Part shown: in pieces, positions 52,281-64,000 of the stretch | How positions within the stretch are numbered: position 1 is the stretch's first letter | Layout of the letters: every line of letters begins with the position of its first letter | Assembly (NCBI RefSeq): GCF_006345805.1 | Contig: NC_043017.1 | Location: 1,116,001 to 1,180,000 of the forward strand | DNA length: 64,000 nucleotides | From: Octopus sinensis | Taxonomy: Eukaryota | Direction of reading: 5' to 3' | Notes under the pieces: generated by a model | Seen by the model: the letters and a program-made list of their open reading frames with translations, nothing else | Told to the model about the DNA's origin: nothing | The model's database searches: none | Translations under genes and position numbers: made by a program

Positions 52281-53053
52281 ATGTGTGTGTGTGTGTGTGT
52301 GAGTGTGTGTGTGTGTGTATGTATATATATATATATATATACACACACACATGCATGCCCAAAACTTACGCTCAGTTTCCGCCTACCCAGATCACTTACA
52401 GGTCATTGATTGGATTGGGGTTATAACATACCACATGAAAACATGTTTCTGCCTCAATGACGGTTATCAGCGCAACAGTTATCCAACCTTATGTCCATTG
52501 GCCAAGGGACTTGTACCGAAAACGTACAATACATTTATGGCCTAGATAAAAGTATACTTCGATTAAACTCCAATACTTACGCGGTACTTCCTATTACTCG
52601 TCTCCATGATGGACACAACATGCTTACCTCGCTGCAATTTGAACTTGAAATAGAAAGCATTATCGTCCGACGATTTGACGATTCTACTAAAACCTCGTCC
52701 ATATTTATGTCTAGCTTAAATTCATAGCCTTAAATTTAAGGCACGGTGTTGAGGATAGCATCGCGCGAAGTACTTGATCCGCACGCAGTTTTATAAGTAT
52801 CATCATCATCAATACTCTGATCTTTACTATCTCAACTGCTAGAACTCATAGGGCTTCATACCCGGTTTCCGTGAGGTATAATAGACCAAGATTACAACAT
52901 TTTCGTTAACCGGAATGCGAGTCTCTCGCAGGATTATTCAACAGCTGACTAGAGTAAGATGAAGTTGTGTGCTGTTCAGGTATACTGCGCCCTGCCCGTT
53001 ACGGTAATCGGAGCCACGAGTTTATGACCATAAGCACAACACTTTATCTAAAA

Positions 53054-53510
53054 GGCGGCGAACTGGCATATACGTTACTACACCTTGTTTGTCTCTTCTG
53101 TGTGTAGCCCCTTGTGGGCAGTAAAGAAATAAGAAACCTTACCACACCGGGCGAAATGCTTAGCGCTATTTCGTCTGCGTTACGTTGTGAGTTCAAATTC
53201 CGCCGAGGTCGACTTTGCCTTTCATCCTTTCGGGGTCGATAAATTAAGTACCAGTTGCGCACTGGGGTCGATGTAATCGACTTAATACCTATGTCTGTCC
53301 TTGTTTGTCCCCTCTGTGTTTAGCCCCTTGTGGGTAATAAAGAAATAGGTATTTCGACTGTCTTTACGTTCTGAGTTCAAATTCCGCCGAGGTCATCTTT
53401 GCCTTTCATCCTTTCGGGGTCGATAAATAAAGTACCAGTTGCGTAATGGGGTTGATCTGATCGACTAGACGTTTCTCCCCCAAACATTCGGGCCTTGTGC
53501 CTAGAATAGG
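53054..53510 (+). mobile_element. SINE family A, dimeric/nested cluster
   Basis: Partial head plus linker, then a unit, the linker agccccttgtgggtaataaagaaataggtatttcg, and a second unit. Confidence 0.88.
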
Positions 53511-54347
53511 AAAGACTTTTATTGATACCAGAAAAGAAAGAGGAATGAAATACTTGGCTAAGTTTGAAGTCAAAACTCAATTCGACTTGTCTACTTATAT
53601 GACTAGTAAATTATTTTATCAACACAAGAATCATAGATCTTTTACTTGTCGGAGGGGGAGGGGTGAAATTTAAATTAGAAAAGTCGCATACTTTGACTAG
53701 CCACCATTTTGACCGACGCTGTAACGCTTCTAGTAATCTACTACACGCTACTGATAAGGAATAAGATCAAGTAATCTGACTAAACTGTAATTAATGTACT
53801 TTAATTAAAATTGGTATTTATGGCTCATAAATACCACTCGATGAAATGCGTTTCTCGAGCGAATCGCTCGTAATGAATCGTATTGTGTTACAAACCCACA
53901 AATATCTCGCTGACAAATTCATTGATGAACAGGTGTTTATGTCACATTAAATCCTATAAAGATTCTGATATAATATTTCCAGAGATTAACTGATATTACC
54001 AATATTTTGCAATACGATAATGATCAATAATAACGCAATATTGAACGATGTTGTTATGTACATTTTGGAAGTATTTATCAACCCGAGGTTATGATGGAAT
54101 ACATTAGCTAAAGGTACTGCACAATGAGATCGAACACATTCCATGCGGTTTCCCAATGAAATTGTGAACCACTATGTCCTGGCTAATAATTTAGTCAACA
54201 CAGATGTTTAGAGTCCGTACTTTAAAGTTCGACAAAATTAAGTGACATTTAAATACTGCGGCCCACAAAATTCACTGTTATCCGCCCACAAATTTTTGGC
54301 TCTTACACTTCTGTTACAATCAATTACTATTATCATCGTTTTTGAAG

Positions 54348-54510
54348 CTGGCGAGCTGGCAGAATCGTTAGCACGCCGGGCGAAAATTATAACGGTATTT
54401 CGTCTGCCGCTACGTTCTGAGTTCAAATTCCTCCGAGGTCAACTTTGCCTTTCATCGTTTCTGGGTCGATTGAATAAGTACCAGTTACGCACTTGGGTCG
54501 ATATAATTGC
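54348..54510 (+). mobile_element. SINE family A
   Basis: ggcgagctggcagaatcgttagcacgccgggcgaaa...gttctgagttcaaattcc. Confidence 0.9.
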
Positions 54511-55667
54511 AAATAAATTTAGAGAGGGATCGTTGACAAATCTCAACACTAACTAAAATACCGTGACCGATTTCTGTGATATTAACTGATCGCTTAGTAA
54601 AGAGGTTCTTATGCTAATTGAAAACATTAACATACTTTAATGGAGTCCACAGCGTTGTAACCGTTCAGGAGAGGCCTCTATTTCAGAAAATTTCCACTTT
54701 GGTATCACAAATTTTGAAGACTTTGGGGTACGTGGTAACTATTTCTATTCCTCCCTTAACTAAGTGAATATAAAACCGATTTAGGTTTATGTCGAGTGTG
54801 ACTTATCCCGTGGTGTTAGTGCGACTAGAGTTACTGTAGTTTTGAAAACATTCCGATGAGTTACTATTACAAAATAATTTCCAATCGTAACAATATAGTT
54901 TATATTGACGTGTGAGGCGATTCTCTCGACATAGGATGGTAAAAACTGCGTAGAGCAATGATTACTCATCGTAGCAATTCGTATATTAAATTCTGAATTT
55001 ATCTGTTAAACGAATAGATGAAAACTAGATTTAAATACTTACCTTTATCTCCATTCAAACGTTTGAACGTATGTTTGTTTGATCTTGAAATTGTATTGAT
55101 CTTTCCGTATTAAGCGCCACGTAAATTAACGAACAGAAGTATCGCTAAGTGATATAGAACACTATAAACTGAATAATCGGAAAACTTCGTTACTTTCTGT
55201 ATTTCATAGTGAAGTTTAACGATGAGTATGAAGATAGGCTGTCTATAGATTAATTGGCTTAACATTACAGCTTTATCTGTCATTAAAAAGGCCGATTGCT
55301 ATCTTAAACTTCGTGTGTGTGTTGCGAATTCTTATCCCTCGACAGAATTAAAACTATCGCGAATATTACGATAAGTTGTAACACAGATTTTCACAATTTG
55401 AAATCGATCAGGTTGACCTTATTACTTAAATGTAAATTATTTCATCGACTTTCGAGCTAATAATTACACCATAGCGTATTTCAGGGCCGACAAACGCCGT
55501 CGCTGGGTTTAATACCGCCACCTAGACTCCATGGAAAATGTCATGAATAAGTTTCACGGAGAATACACTGTTGCAAGCATTCGAGCCGCCCGACTTCCCG
55601 TTTGAAGATATCTCCTTTCATGTCTCGAACTAATGTCAGAGACCTTGTAATGTTTCGAGGGTACTTA

Positions 55668-55820
55668 GGCAGCGAGATGGCAGAATCGTTAGTACGCCGG
55701 GCGAAATGCTTAGCGATATTTCGCCTGCCGCTACGTTCCGAGCTCAAATTCCGCCGAGGCCGACTTTGCCTTTCATCCTTTCGGGGTCAATTAAATAAGT
55801 ACCAGTTACGCACTGGTAAC
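55668..55820 (+). mobile_element. SINE family A
   Basis: ggcagcgagatggcagaatcgttagtacgccgggcgaaatgc. Confidence 0.9.
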
Positions 55821-55939
55821 CAAACATAATAAAGGATTTTGAATACTCCTGATTTTTGTCATACTCAATGTCTCACACTAAAGAAGAAGAAGAAGAAGAA
55901 GAAGAAGAAGAAGAAGAAGAAGAAAGGAACAGGGGCCTC

Positions 55940-56360
55940 GGCGTGTCTTGTGTCGTTAAGAAGCTCACTGTACCACTGGATTGTTTTGTGTTCAGTCCCA
56001 TTGTAGGGAACTTTCCGCAAATGATTTCTACTCTAGCTCCCCTACGAGTAAAGATTCGAAAGTGATTTCGGTAGGCGGAGACTGTGTGGAATCCTGTCGT
56101 GTGTATATATGTTTACGTCTGTTCATTTGTATTTTTGTCTTCGTTTTTCACTCTCTTCCGACAGCTCGAAAACCGGGGTCCGCTTATTTAGGCCTCTGTA
56201 ACTTAGCGGTTTGACAGAAGAGACTGGGAGAATAAGTACTAAACTTAAAATAAAATTTAAAAAAAACATAAATACTGGGGTCGATTTCTTCAACTAAAAC
56301 CAATCTTGGCATTGCCCCTGCATGGCCACAGTCCAATGACTGAAACAAGTAAAAGATAAG
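55940..56360 (+). mobile_element. SINE family B, old degenerate full-length copy
   Basis: gtgttcagtcccattgtagg...gcatggccacagtccaatgactgaaacaagtaaaag. Confidence 0.75.
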
Positions 56361-57299
56361 AAGGGGAAACACTATCAGCTCCTGACAGGTTCTGTAGAAT
56401 ATCAGGTAGAAAGCGATGGCCTACGTTTTCCTGACAATTATTTTATCAATTCGGCCATATTGAGCTCATCCTTGGGGTCATAATCAGCTTACAGTGATGT
56501 ACTGGATTCAAAATATAATATGATTATACGGCGTTTAGACACAGATAAATCAATATGTTTTAAAACCAAAAAAGATATTCAATATTTCTCCGAGCGATAA
56601 AGGAATAGATTTCGACTTATTTTTATTTATTAGTTGGAAACATAATTTAGAATTCAGTCTAATCCTTACTAAGCCTATTGATAGGGAGGGAAACGCTTCT
56701 GATAAACGCGACAGGCTTCAAAGAATTTTCTCGTTAATTATAGAGATGAAGTCCTTGTGAGAAGCTAAGAGTAATGTTAAGATGTTCAGGTATTTTAAAC
56801 GATATAATTATCAATATTTATACGTTTTACTGAGAGAAAAAAAAGCGATCGTTTGTTTGTTGGTCGTTGACAGCGAGAAGTTTGTCACCATGTATATTTT
56901 ATGATATGGCTGATTTTCTTCTCACCAAGTGTTTTGTAGTTTCTTTTGTGTGTGTGTGTGTAACGCTATAACAGTACTGATCGATCCGATTTAAGATCGG
57001 AGACTTCCTAGCAGTCGTGACCACTAGATATTTTATAGGTATTTTATAGATACAGTGTTTTATCGATCATTGCATTATTTAATGTGTCTTTCCTTAGAAA
57101 GAAAAAAATGCGTAAGCTGATATTGGAGGATTTAGAGCTCTAACGACGGTCTTGCAGCAATCACACTGGGTCTTACAGTTTGGATCATGGTTCACGAAAC
57201 AATGCAGTCTATGTCTAGGCGTGTATGTGTGTGAGAATGTACGTTAAATACACATCAATTTTAAATCATTATTATTCCTTAATATATTTGCTTATGATA

Positions 57300-57513
57300 T
57301 CTTTTACTCTTTTACTCTTTTACTTGTTTCAGTCATTTGACTATGGCCATGATGGAGCACCGCATTTAGTCGAGCAAATCGACCCCATGACTTATTCTTT
57401 GTAAGCCTAGTACTTATTGTATCGGTCTCTTTTACCGAACCGCTAAGTTAAGGGGACGTAAACACACGAACGTCGGTTGTCAAGCGATGATGGAGGGACA
57501 AACAGATACACAA

Positions 57514-57549
<36 letters not shown>

Positions 57550-57680
57550 GTTTCCGTCTTCCAAATCCACTCACAAGTTTTTGGACAGCCAAAGGCTCTA
57601 GTGGAAGAGACTTGTCCAAAGTGCCACGCAGTGGGACTGAACCCAGAAACATGTGGTTGGGAAATAAACTTCTCTACACG
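57300..57680 (-). mobile_element. SINE family B, near full length with (GTAAAAGA)n tail
   Basis: cttttactcttttactcttttacttgtttcagtcatttgac...gcagtgggactgaacccag. Confidence 0.9.
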
Positions 57681-58302
57681 CATCCAGGTGGATATTTCAA
57701 AAATATTAAAAAAACATAGCTTTTGTGTAATAATAGGTTAAGAGAATCAGTATTGATACCCATCGGCTGGAACATACTTTCGGTGCCAATTTAATCCATG
57801 GCGCAGTTTACAATCATAACCTCTTCGGAAGTCATTTATCGGGGAACATACTGTTGGAAGCATTCGGCTCAATTAAGTGATCTAGAGATACTTCCAACAT
57901 CACCACCACCGACCCACCACCACCACCACCACCACCACCACCATACTTCCGCTTAGCTGTCGCAGAATCTCAGGAAGAAGTCAAAAGTACTCTTCTACGA
58001 ATTCTTTATAAATGTCTTAAAAAGAGAAAAACATATTAATTTACCGAAGATTTGGTCTCCTGTACAAATGAAAAATAACAAAATAAGAGAAGGCGAAAAA
58101 AACTGCTCCAAAATATTTCGAAGGGGGAACCACATTATTACTTTTATAACCTCGTTTTATTATGATTGGCTGCGAAGAGGAATCAAATTAGTTGCGTTTC
58201 TTATTTTGTATCTTTTTTTCTTAGTGAAATACTATATCACGCTGATGTTAAAAGGTGAATGATGTTATATGCAATTTCTTATCAAAGACAAACACACACA
58301 CC

Positions 58303-58384
<82 letters not shown>

Positions 58385-58398
58385 TATAAGTCTTTATT

Positions 58399-58441
<43 letters not shown>

Positions 58442-59045
58442 TTACATATATATATACACATACATATATACATACACACACATATATATATGCATACAGA
58501 TATATATGTGTGTATATACATGTGTATATATATATGTATATATGCACGTGTATATATATATTATACATATATATACACATATATATACATACATACGTAT
58601 ACACACACGCACACACACACAAACACACACACACACACACATATATATACATATATATGTAGAGGAGAAAAATAAAGCAGTCTTAGAATCGGAAATATTT
58701 GACGAAAAACACGGAAATTAAGCAAAATAGAAACAAATTACAATGTGAAGCGCCACCTATTCATGGGTCTAATAGGTCTACAGACGTAATTTAGTAATCG
58801 GAATTGCATACGTTGCATTGCTACAGCTGAGAGATTCAATATTGACATACATACACTAGAAGGGCAGAAGACGCAAGCTCTCTCTCTCTCACACACACAC
58901 ACACATTCATATGCATATATATCTATATACACACACACACACACACATACATATATATAGATATCTACTTGTTTGCATATATCTCTCTATCTATCTATCT
59001 ATCTGACTATCTATCTAACTCTCTGTCTGTCTGTCTCTCTGCTTG

Positions 59046-59082
<37 letters not shown>

Positions 59083-60354
59083 ATATCTATCTATCTATCT
59101 ATCTATCTATATCTAACTAGTTCTCTCAATCTCCCTCTCCTGTTTTTCTCTCTTTTCTCTCCCGTTCTCTCTTTTCCTTATCTCTTTGCTGTCTTTGTCT
59201 CACTTTCTCTCCCTTTGTCTATATATGTATATATGTATATATATGTGTGTGTGTGTATATGTATGTACGTGTGTATGTGCGTACGTACGTACCTATGTAT
59301 GTATACATGTCTGTATGCATGTCTGTATGCATGTGTGTATGCACGTATGCATGTAATTATCTCACAGGTTATATTTGCCAGCATTTCTACCATTTTCTGT
59401 ACCAAAAACATCTTTATAGCTTTACTGGCAAAATAAACGTAACAAAATCAATTAAGTAAAGCAAATTTATCACCAAAATTAATTTACTTCCTTCTATAAC
59501 TTTCCACCTTTTGTTAGCTCAGGCCACTCGACATATTTGTTACACAGAATTTCTTATCCGAGAGCATTTATGATATGAATGTAGCCAACGGTGAAAACCT
59601 AGGCAACCATCGACTCCTGCTGTTATCATCTCTTTATATTCCTCCATCGGGATTTTCATTCTCACGCTTGCTTGTCGTTAAATCGTTTTGATTGTTATGT
59701 GGTATTCTGAAGCGCTCTATTCGCTCTGTGTTCGAATTCCACGGGTGTCCGTGGGCTGTTGCTGAATAAATTATCGTGGCCTTCACGTAAGGCTAGTTTG
59801 AGAAAATTCTTCGGATATTAATGGAATTCCTCTTATTGTGAAACGTTATTTCTGACGATGTTCTGTGTGGTCCTAAGGGCAGCCTAGTTCTTTATTTTTT
59901 GTCACCCTAAAGTTATGTTTAACCCAATATTTACCTTTAGGGATCCATAAAATAATATCAATTGAGAAATGGTTTCAATGTAATTGACTAACATCCTCCC
60001 CTCAAATTTCAGGTCCTGTGCTCATAACAGATGTAAAGAGGTGAGGTAGCAGAATCACAGAATGGCAGGCAAACTGCGCTGCACCATTTCTTCCCACTTT
60101 ACGTTCTGAGTTCAATTTCCGCCGATGTCAATTTTAACTGTCTTTCAATTTATCAACTCCTGACTTACTTTTCTAAAATTTTTTGAACTTTCCGACTATT
60201 TTGGGGAATATTGATTATGCAAAACCAAAGAAAATATCTGTGATTGAAGGGTTCTTAGCTGCTATTTTTAGCACATCTCAGGACCACCTCATCCACTCTT
60301 CAGCTGTTTTCATTCAGACGTTATTGATGTTTTCAATATCTTTCTCACTATAAG

Positions 60355-60485
60355 GCGGCGAGCTGGCAGAAACTTTAGCAGGCCGGGCGAAATGCTTAGC
60401 GTTATTTCGTCTGCCGTTACGGTCTGAGTTCCAATTCCACCGAGGTCGACTTTGCCTTTCATCCTTTCGGGGTCGATTAAATAAG
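60355..60485 (+). mobile_element. SINE family A
   Basis: ggcggcgagctggcagaaactttagcaggccgggcgaaatgc. Confidence 0.9.
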
Positions 60486-60649
60486 ACGAAGGAACAACAA
60501 CTGTGTCATTTTAACGCTCAGAAAGGACCAATAGGGGAAAAAAATGGAGAAAGAACGAAAATAAACGGAGAAAGAAAAATGTTTTGGGATCAACAGCTCA
60601 ACATGAGGAATAAACACATACACACACACAAACACACAAACACATATGT

Positions 60650-60835
60650 ATGTATCTATATATATTCATATCTATCAATATACGGCGGAGTTTTTTCAGT
60701 TGTAGTCTACAAGATTCGTTCACAAATCTTTGGTCGGCGTGGGGCTAGAGCACAATGTGCAACGCCGTTGCACTGAACCCGGAATCATGTAATTAGGACG
60801 AAAATTTCTTACTGCACAGCCACGGCTGCGCCCAT
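60650..60835 (-). mobile_element. SINE family B (diverged 5' part)
   Basis: ctttggtcggcg..cactgaacccggaatcatg..cacagccacggctgcgcc. Confidence 0.7.
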
Positions 60836-61475
60836 GTATGTATGTAATGCAAGAATGTAAAATAGTAGAAACATTTTTGTTGGCAAACTTTTAATATCTT
60901 GTAAGAGGTAAATAATATATAATAAATTTGGCACGTTGTGAAATGATGATCCAATATTGATAGAAAATAACTTAATGGAAGAGTAAAGATAGCATGCTGT
61001 TAAAATATCCGATTTCGTGATACATCAATTTGATTGGGTGACTAACAAGCAGACAGTTCCAGGTGTCTGCGTTAGCTGGACGGAAATACAAAATCTCGTG
61101 AGTGGTATATCTAAATAACTATGTAAGTGAGGACAGCTAAATGACAACCACCTAGACACATATTAATACGTATCTAGCCACCCATCAATCTATCCACACG
61201 AACATACAGTTATATATATATATATATATATTTATATATAAATGTAAATAAGAACGGCATGGATGTTACGTACACACACATGTATGTATATTTGTAGCTA
61301 TATATGTGTGTGTATGCATGCGTATATATATACACATGTATAAATATGTATGTATGCATAAAAGTGTGTGTGTATGTATGTAAATATATATATTTACAAA
61401 TATACAAATTTTGAATATTATATATGTGGATATATATCTGTGTAATTACGTTTTGTCAAATTACGCATACATATG

Positions 61476-61513
<38 letters not shown>

Positions 61514-61596
61514 ATATACATGTATATTATGTATATACCTATGTACCTACATACCTACACATATGTACACAAACGCATCCATCTATCTGTTAACAA

Positions 61597-61627
<31 letters not shown>

Positions 61628-61699
61628 ATATATATTTATATATATATATAGATAGATAGATATATGCATATATTTGTATAGATATATATACATATATAT

Positions 61700-61742
<43 letters not shown>

Positions 61743-61784
61743 CATACATATGTATATATATACATATATATATATATACATATA

Positions 61785-61854
<70 letters not shown>

Positions 61855-62244
61855 TATATGTATATATATATACACACACACATAAATACCCACTGAAAAC
61901 AAACACGCACATGTGAATCGGTCTGGTTATGTGTCGTGGTGTCTTTCCAATTACCTTCATCACTAGGCCCACCTTCTGTAGAGAAGAAGGTTATTGAAAG
62001 AACGACACGCACAGACATAGACGTCACAGCATACACCACAATTTATTAAACAGTGGATAAAACTCCATTGAGTCTCCCTGCTGTTGCTCTCTTCGCTTGT
62101 TCGCACTTTAGTCTATCTCTAACTCCCCCACTCCCACATTGTACGTACATACATACATACATGTGGATAAATAAACGGATATATGTGTATATATGCAAGT
62201 ATATACATATAGACATACATACGTATAAACATACATACATATAC

Positions 62245-62416
<172 letters not shown>

Positions 62417-62558
62417 AAAGCAATTAAGATTCAAGTGAGTTCTAATGAATTCACATGAATGCGGTACTTAACTTAGATGCACCAGATATTTATATGGTAT
62501 TAACCATAAAATAATGTGGGGTGATTATAAACAAGAAAAAAGCAACAAGAATGGATTA

Positions 62559-62654
62559 GTTTTTCAGTTCAATTGTTTCATACGAAGAACAGCTTTATTA
62601 AAAGCTGCAAATATTGCAGCAAATACAAGTGTCCCGTACTCATCAGCCAAAACA
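62559..62654 (-). ncRNA. Type I hammerhead ribozyme motif with one core substitution
   Basis: Minus strand: gttttgg-CTGATGA-gtacgg...ttcgtat-GAAAC-AATT-GAA-ctgaaaac; U16.1 appears mutated to A, breaking the ACAATTGT palindrome by one base. Confidence 0.55.
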
Positions 62655-62953
62655 CATATGAGTTCTCCAAACATCCTAGTGGGGTGAGGCTACACCCATG
62701 AAGTATCGAAGAGAGTTCTATAAAAAGCAAATTTAGATTGTAAGCAGACTTCCAAAGTTCTCTAATGATGCACAGTTTTATAAAAGGTTTTAAAAAAGCT
62801 TGTTAGCTTCACAGAAAAGGTAAATCCATCAATAATAATGTAGGTGTAATTTTCGGAGATATGAGGAGATATTTCATGCTCAGAGACGACGAATTTATCC
62901 ATAATTTATCCATAATAAAGTGGGTATAATTTCCTGATATATGAGAAGATACT

Positions 62954-63014
62954 GATCACACTTCTGTTCATTTCATAAAACTAGTAGTTTTGTGAAATGA
63001 ACAGAAGTGTGATC
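62954..63014. other. 61-nt near-perfect hairpin (29-bp stem, 3-nt loop)
   Basis: gatcacacttctgttcatttcataaaact-agt-agttttgtgaaatgaacagaagtgtgatc; the single non-Watson-Crick position is a T:G pair. Confidence 0.9.
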
Positions 63015-63019
63015 TTCTG

Positions 63020-63067
63020 GAACCATGTTGCTGGTAAGCAAGCTACTTAGAACATAGCCATCCTGAG

Positions 63068-63102
<35 letters not shown>

Positions 63103-63260
63103 TACTTATTTATCTCTTACTTGCTTCAGTCATCAGACTGCGGCCGTGATGGGGAACGCGTTGCTGAATTTTTATTCTAACAAGTTGATCGTAGTACGTT
63201 TTCAAGCCTGGTACCTGTTGTATTGGCCTTTTGGATCAACCGCTAAGTTACGGGAACATA
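63020..63260 (-). mobile_element. SINE family B fragments (head about 63020-63070; tail about 63110-63260)
   Basis: gtaagcaagctacttagaacatagcc and cttacttgcttcagtcatcagactgcggccgtg. Confidence 0.7.
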
Positions 63261-63607
63261 TCTATCTGTCTGTCTGTCCCTCTGTCTATATCTCTATCTC
63301 TACTTCTCTCTCTCTTTCTCTCTCTGTCTATCCATATATATATGTATGTATACACACACACACATATACATACTTCAAAATAAGCAAGAGGATATCCAGA
63401 GGTAATGCAGTACGATCGTTTCAAGCGACTCCATTTAATTGAACAATGCAATTTAAATCCAGAGCAATACTCAGCCGCATAAATACATAGAATTAAATTA
63501 AATTAAAATAGATAGACATATTAGAATAATCTTACATAATACCTCCATGAATGTAAGGAGCTAGACAAAGAACATGCTATATTCTCTTCAACCATACATA
63601 TGTATAC

Positions 63608-63757
<150 letters not shown>

Positions 63758-63780
63758 TCTCCCCACAGACTTACCATCTG

Positions 63781-63866
63781 AAAAATTCACTGAAGACTAT
63801 CGGTTGTCTCGTTGCTCCGGTGCTACAGTTACGCATTGGAACTCAACCCGAAACGGCGTGATTTTA
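63781..63866 (+). ncRNA. Degenerate hammerhead-like motif
   Basis: aaaattca-CTGAAGA-ctatc-ggttg...caacc-c-GAAAC-ggcg-tgatttt; helix I and II complementarity present, no valid NUH triplet. Confidence 0.3.
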
Positions 63867-64000
63867 TAACGAGCTTTCTAAATACGCAGTCTCTGCCTGC
63901 ATCTGATGATATGCAATACTGAAGCTATGATATATAGATGTCAAACTTTATTAGTTGTCTGGAAATTCTTATAATGTATTTGTTGATGATTTATTAATTT

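Noticed and set aside
52450-52530. ctcaatgacggt...accgaaaacgt as a decayed hammerhead
   Set aside because: The core needs two or more substitutions and helix I is absent.

Overview
Eukaryotic, very AT-rich, repeat-dominated DNA that looks intronic or intergenic. It is most likely an octopod cephalopod (inference from the tRNA-derived SINE families and the dense (TA)n/(AAT)n/(AGAT)n microsatellites; not database-checked). I cannot support any host protein-coding gene, rRNA, bona fide tRNA gene or CRISPR array, and almost all ORFs in the supplied track are translated microsatellites. What can be supported: decayed transposon fragments (three Tc1/mariner, CR1-group, RTE, L1/Tx1 and R4/Dong LINEs), at least five SINE families in many copies, and a concentration of type I hammerhead ribozyme (HHR) motifs not visible in the ORF track. 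Two HHRs have complete catalytic cores (about 30.6 kb and 44.0 kb). One has a single core substitution (62.6 kb) and two are degenerate (38.3 kb, 63.8 kb). Three more sit inside a tRNA-headed SINE-like element (tRNA head - (AAT)n - HHR - 3' tail; 7.6-8.2 kb and 51.7-52.0 kb). The best-preserved cores share a palindromic helix III, the signature of dimer-cleaving Penelope/retrozyme-type hammerheads. The hammerhead-carrying SINE is the best candidate for an undescribed system. All repeat boundaries are approximate, read by eye.
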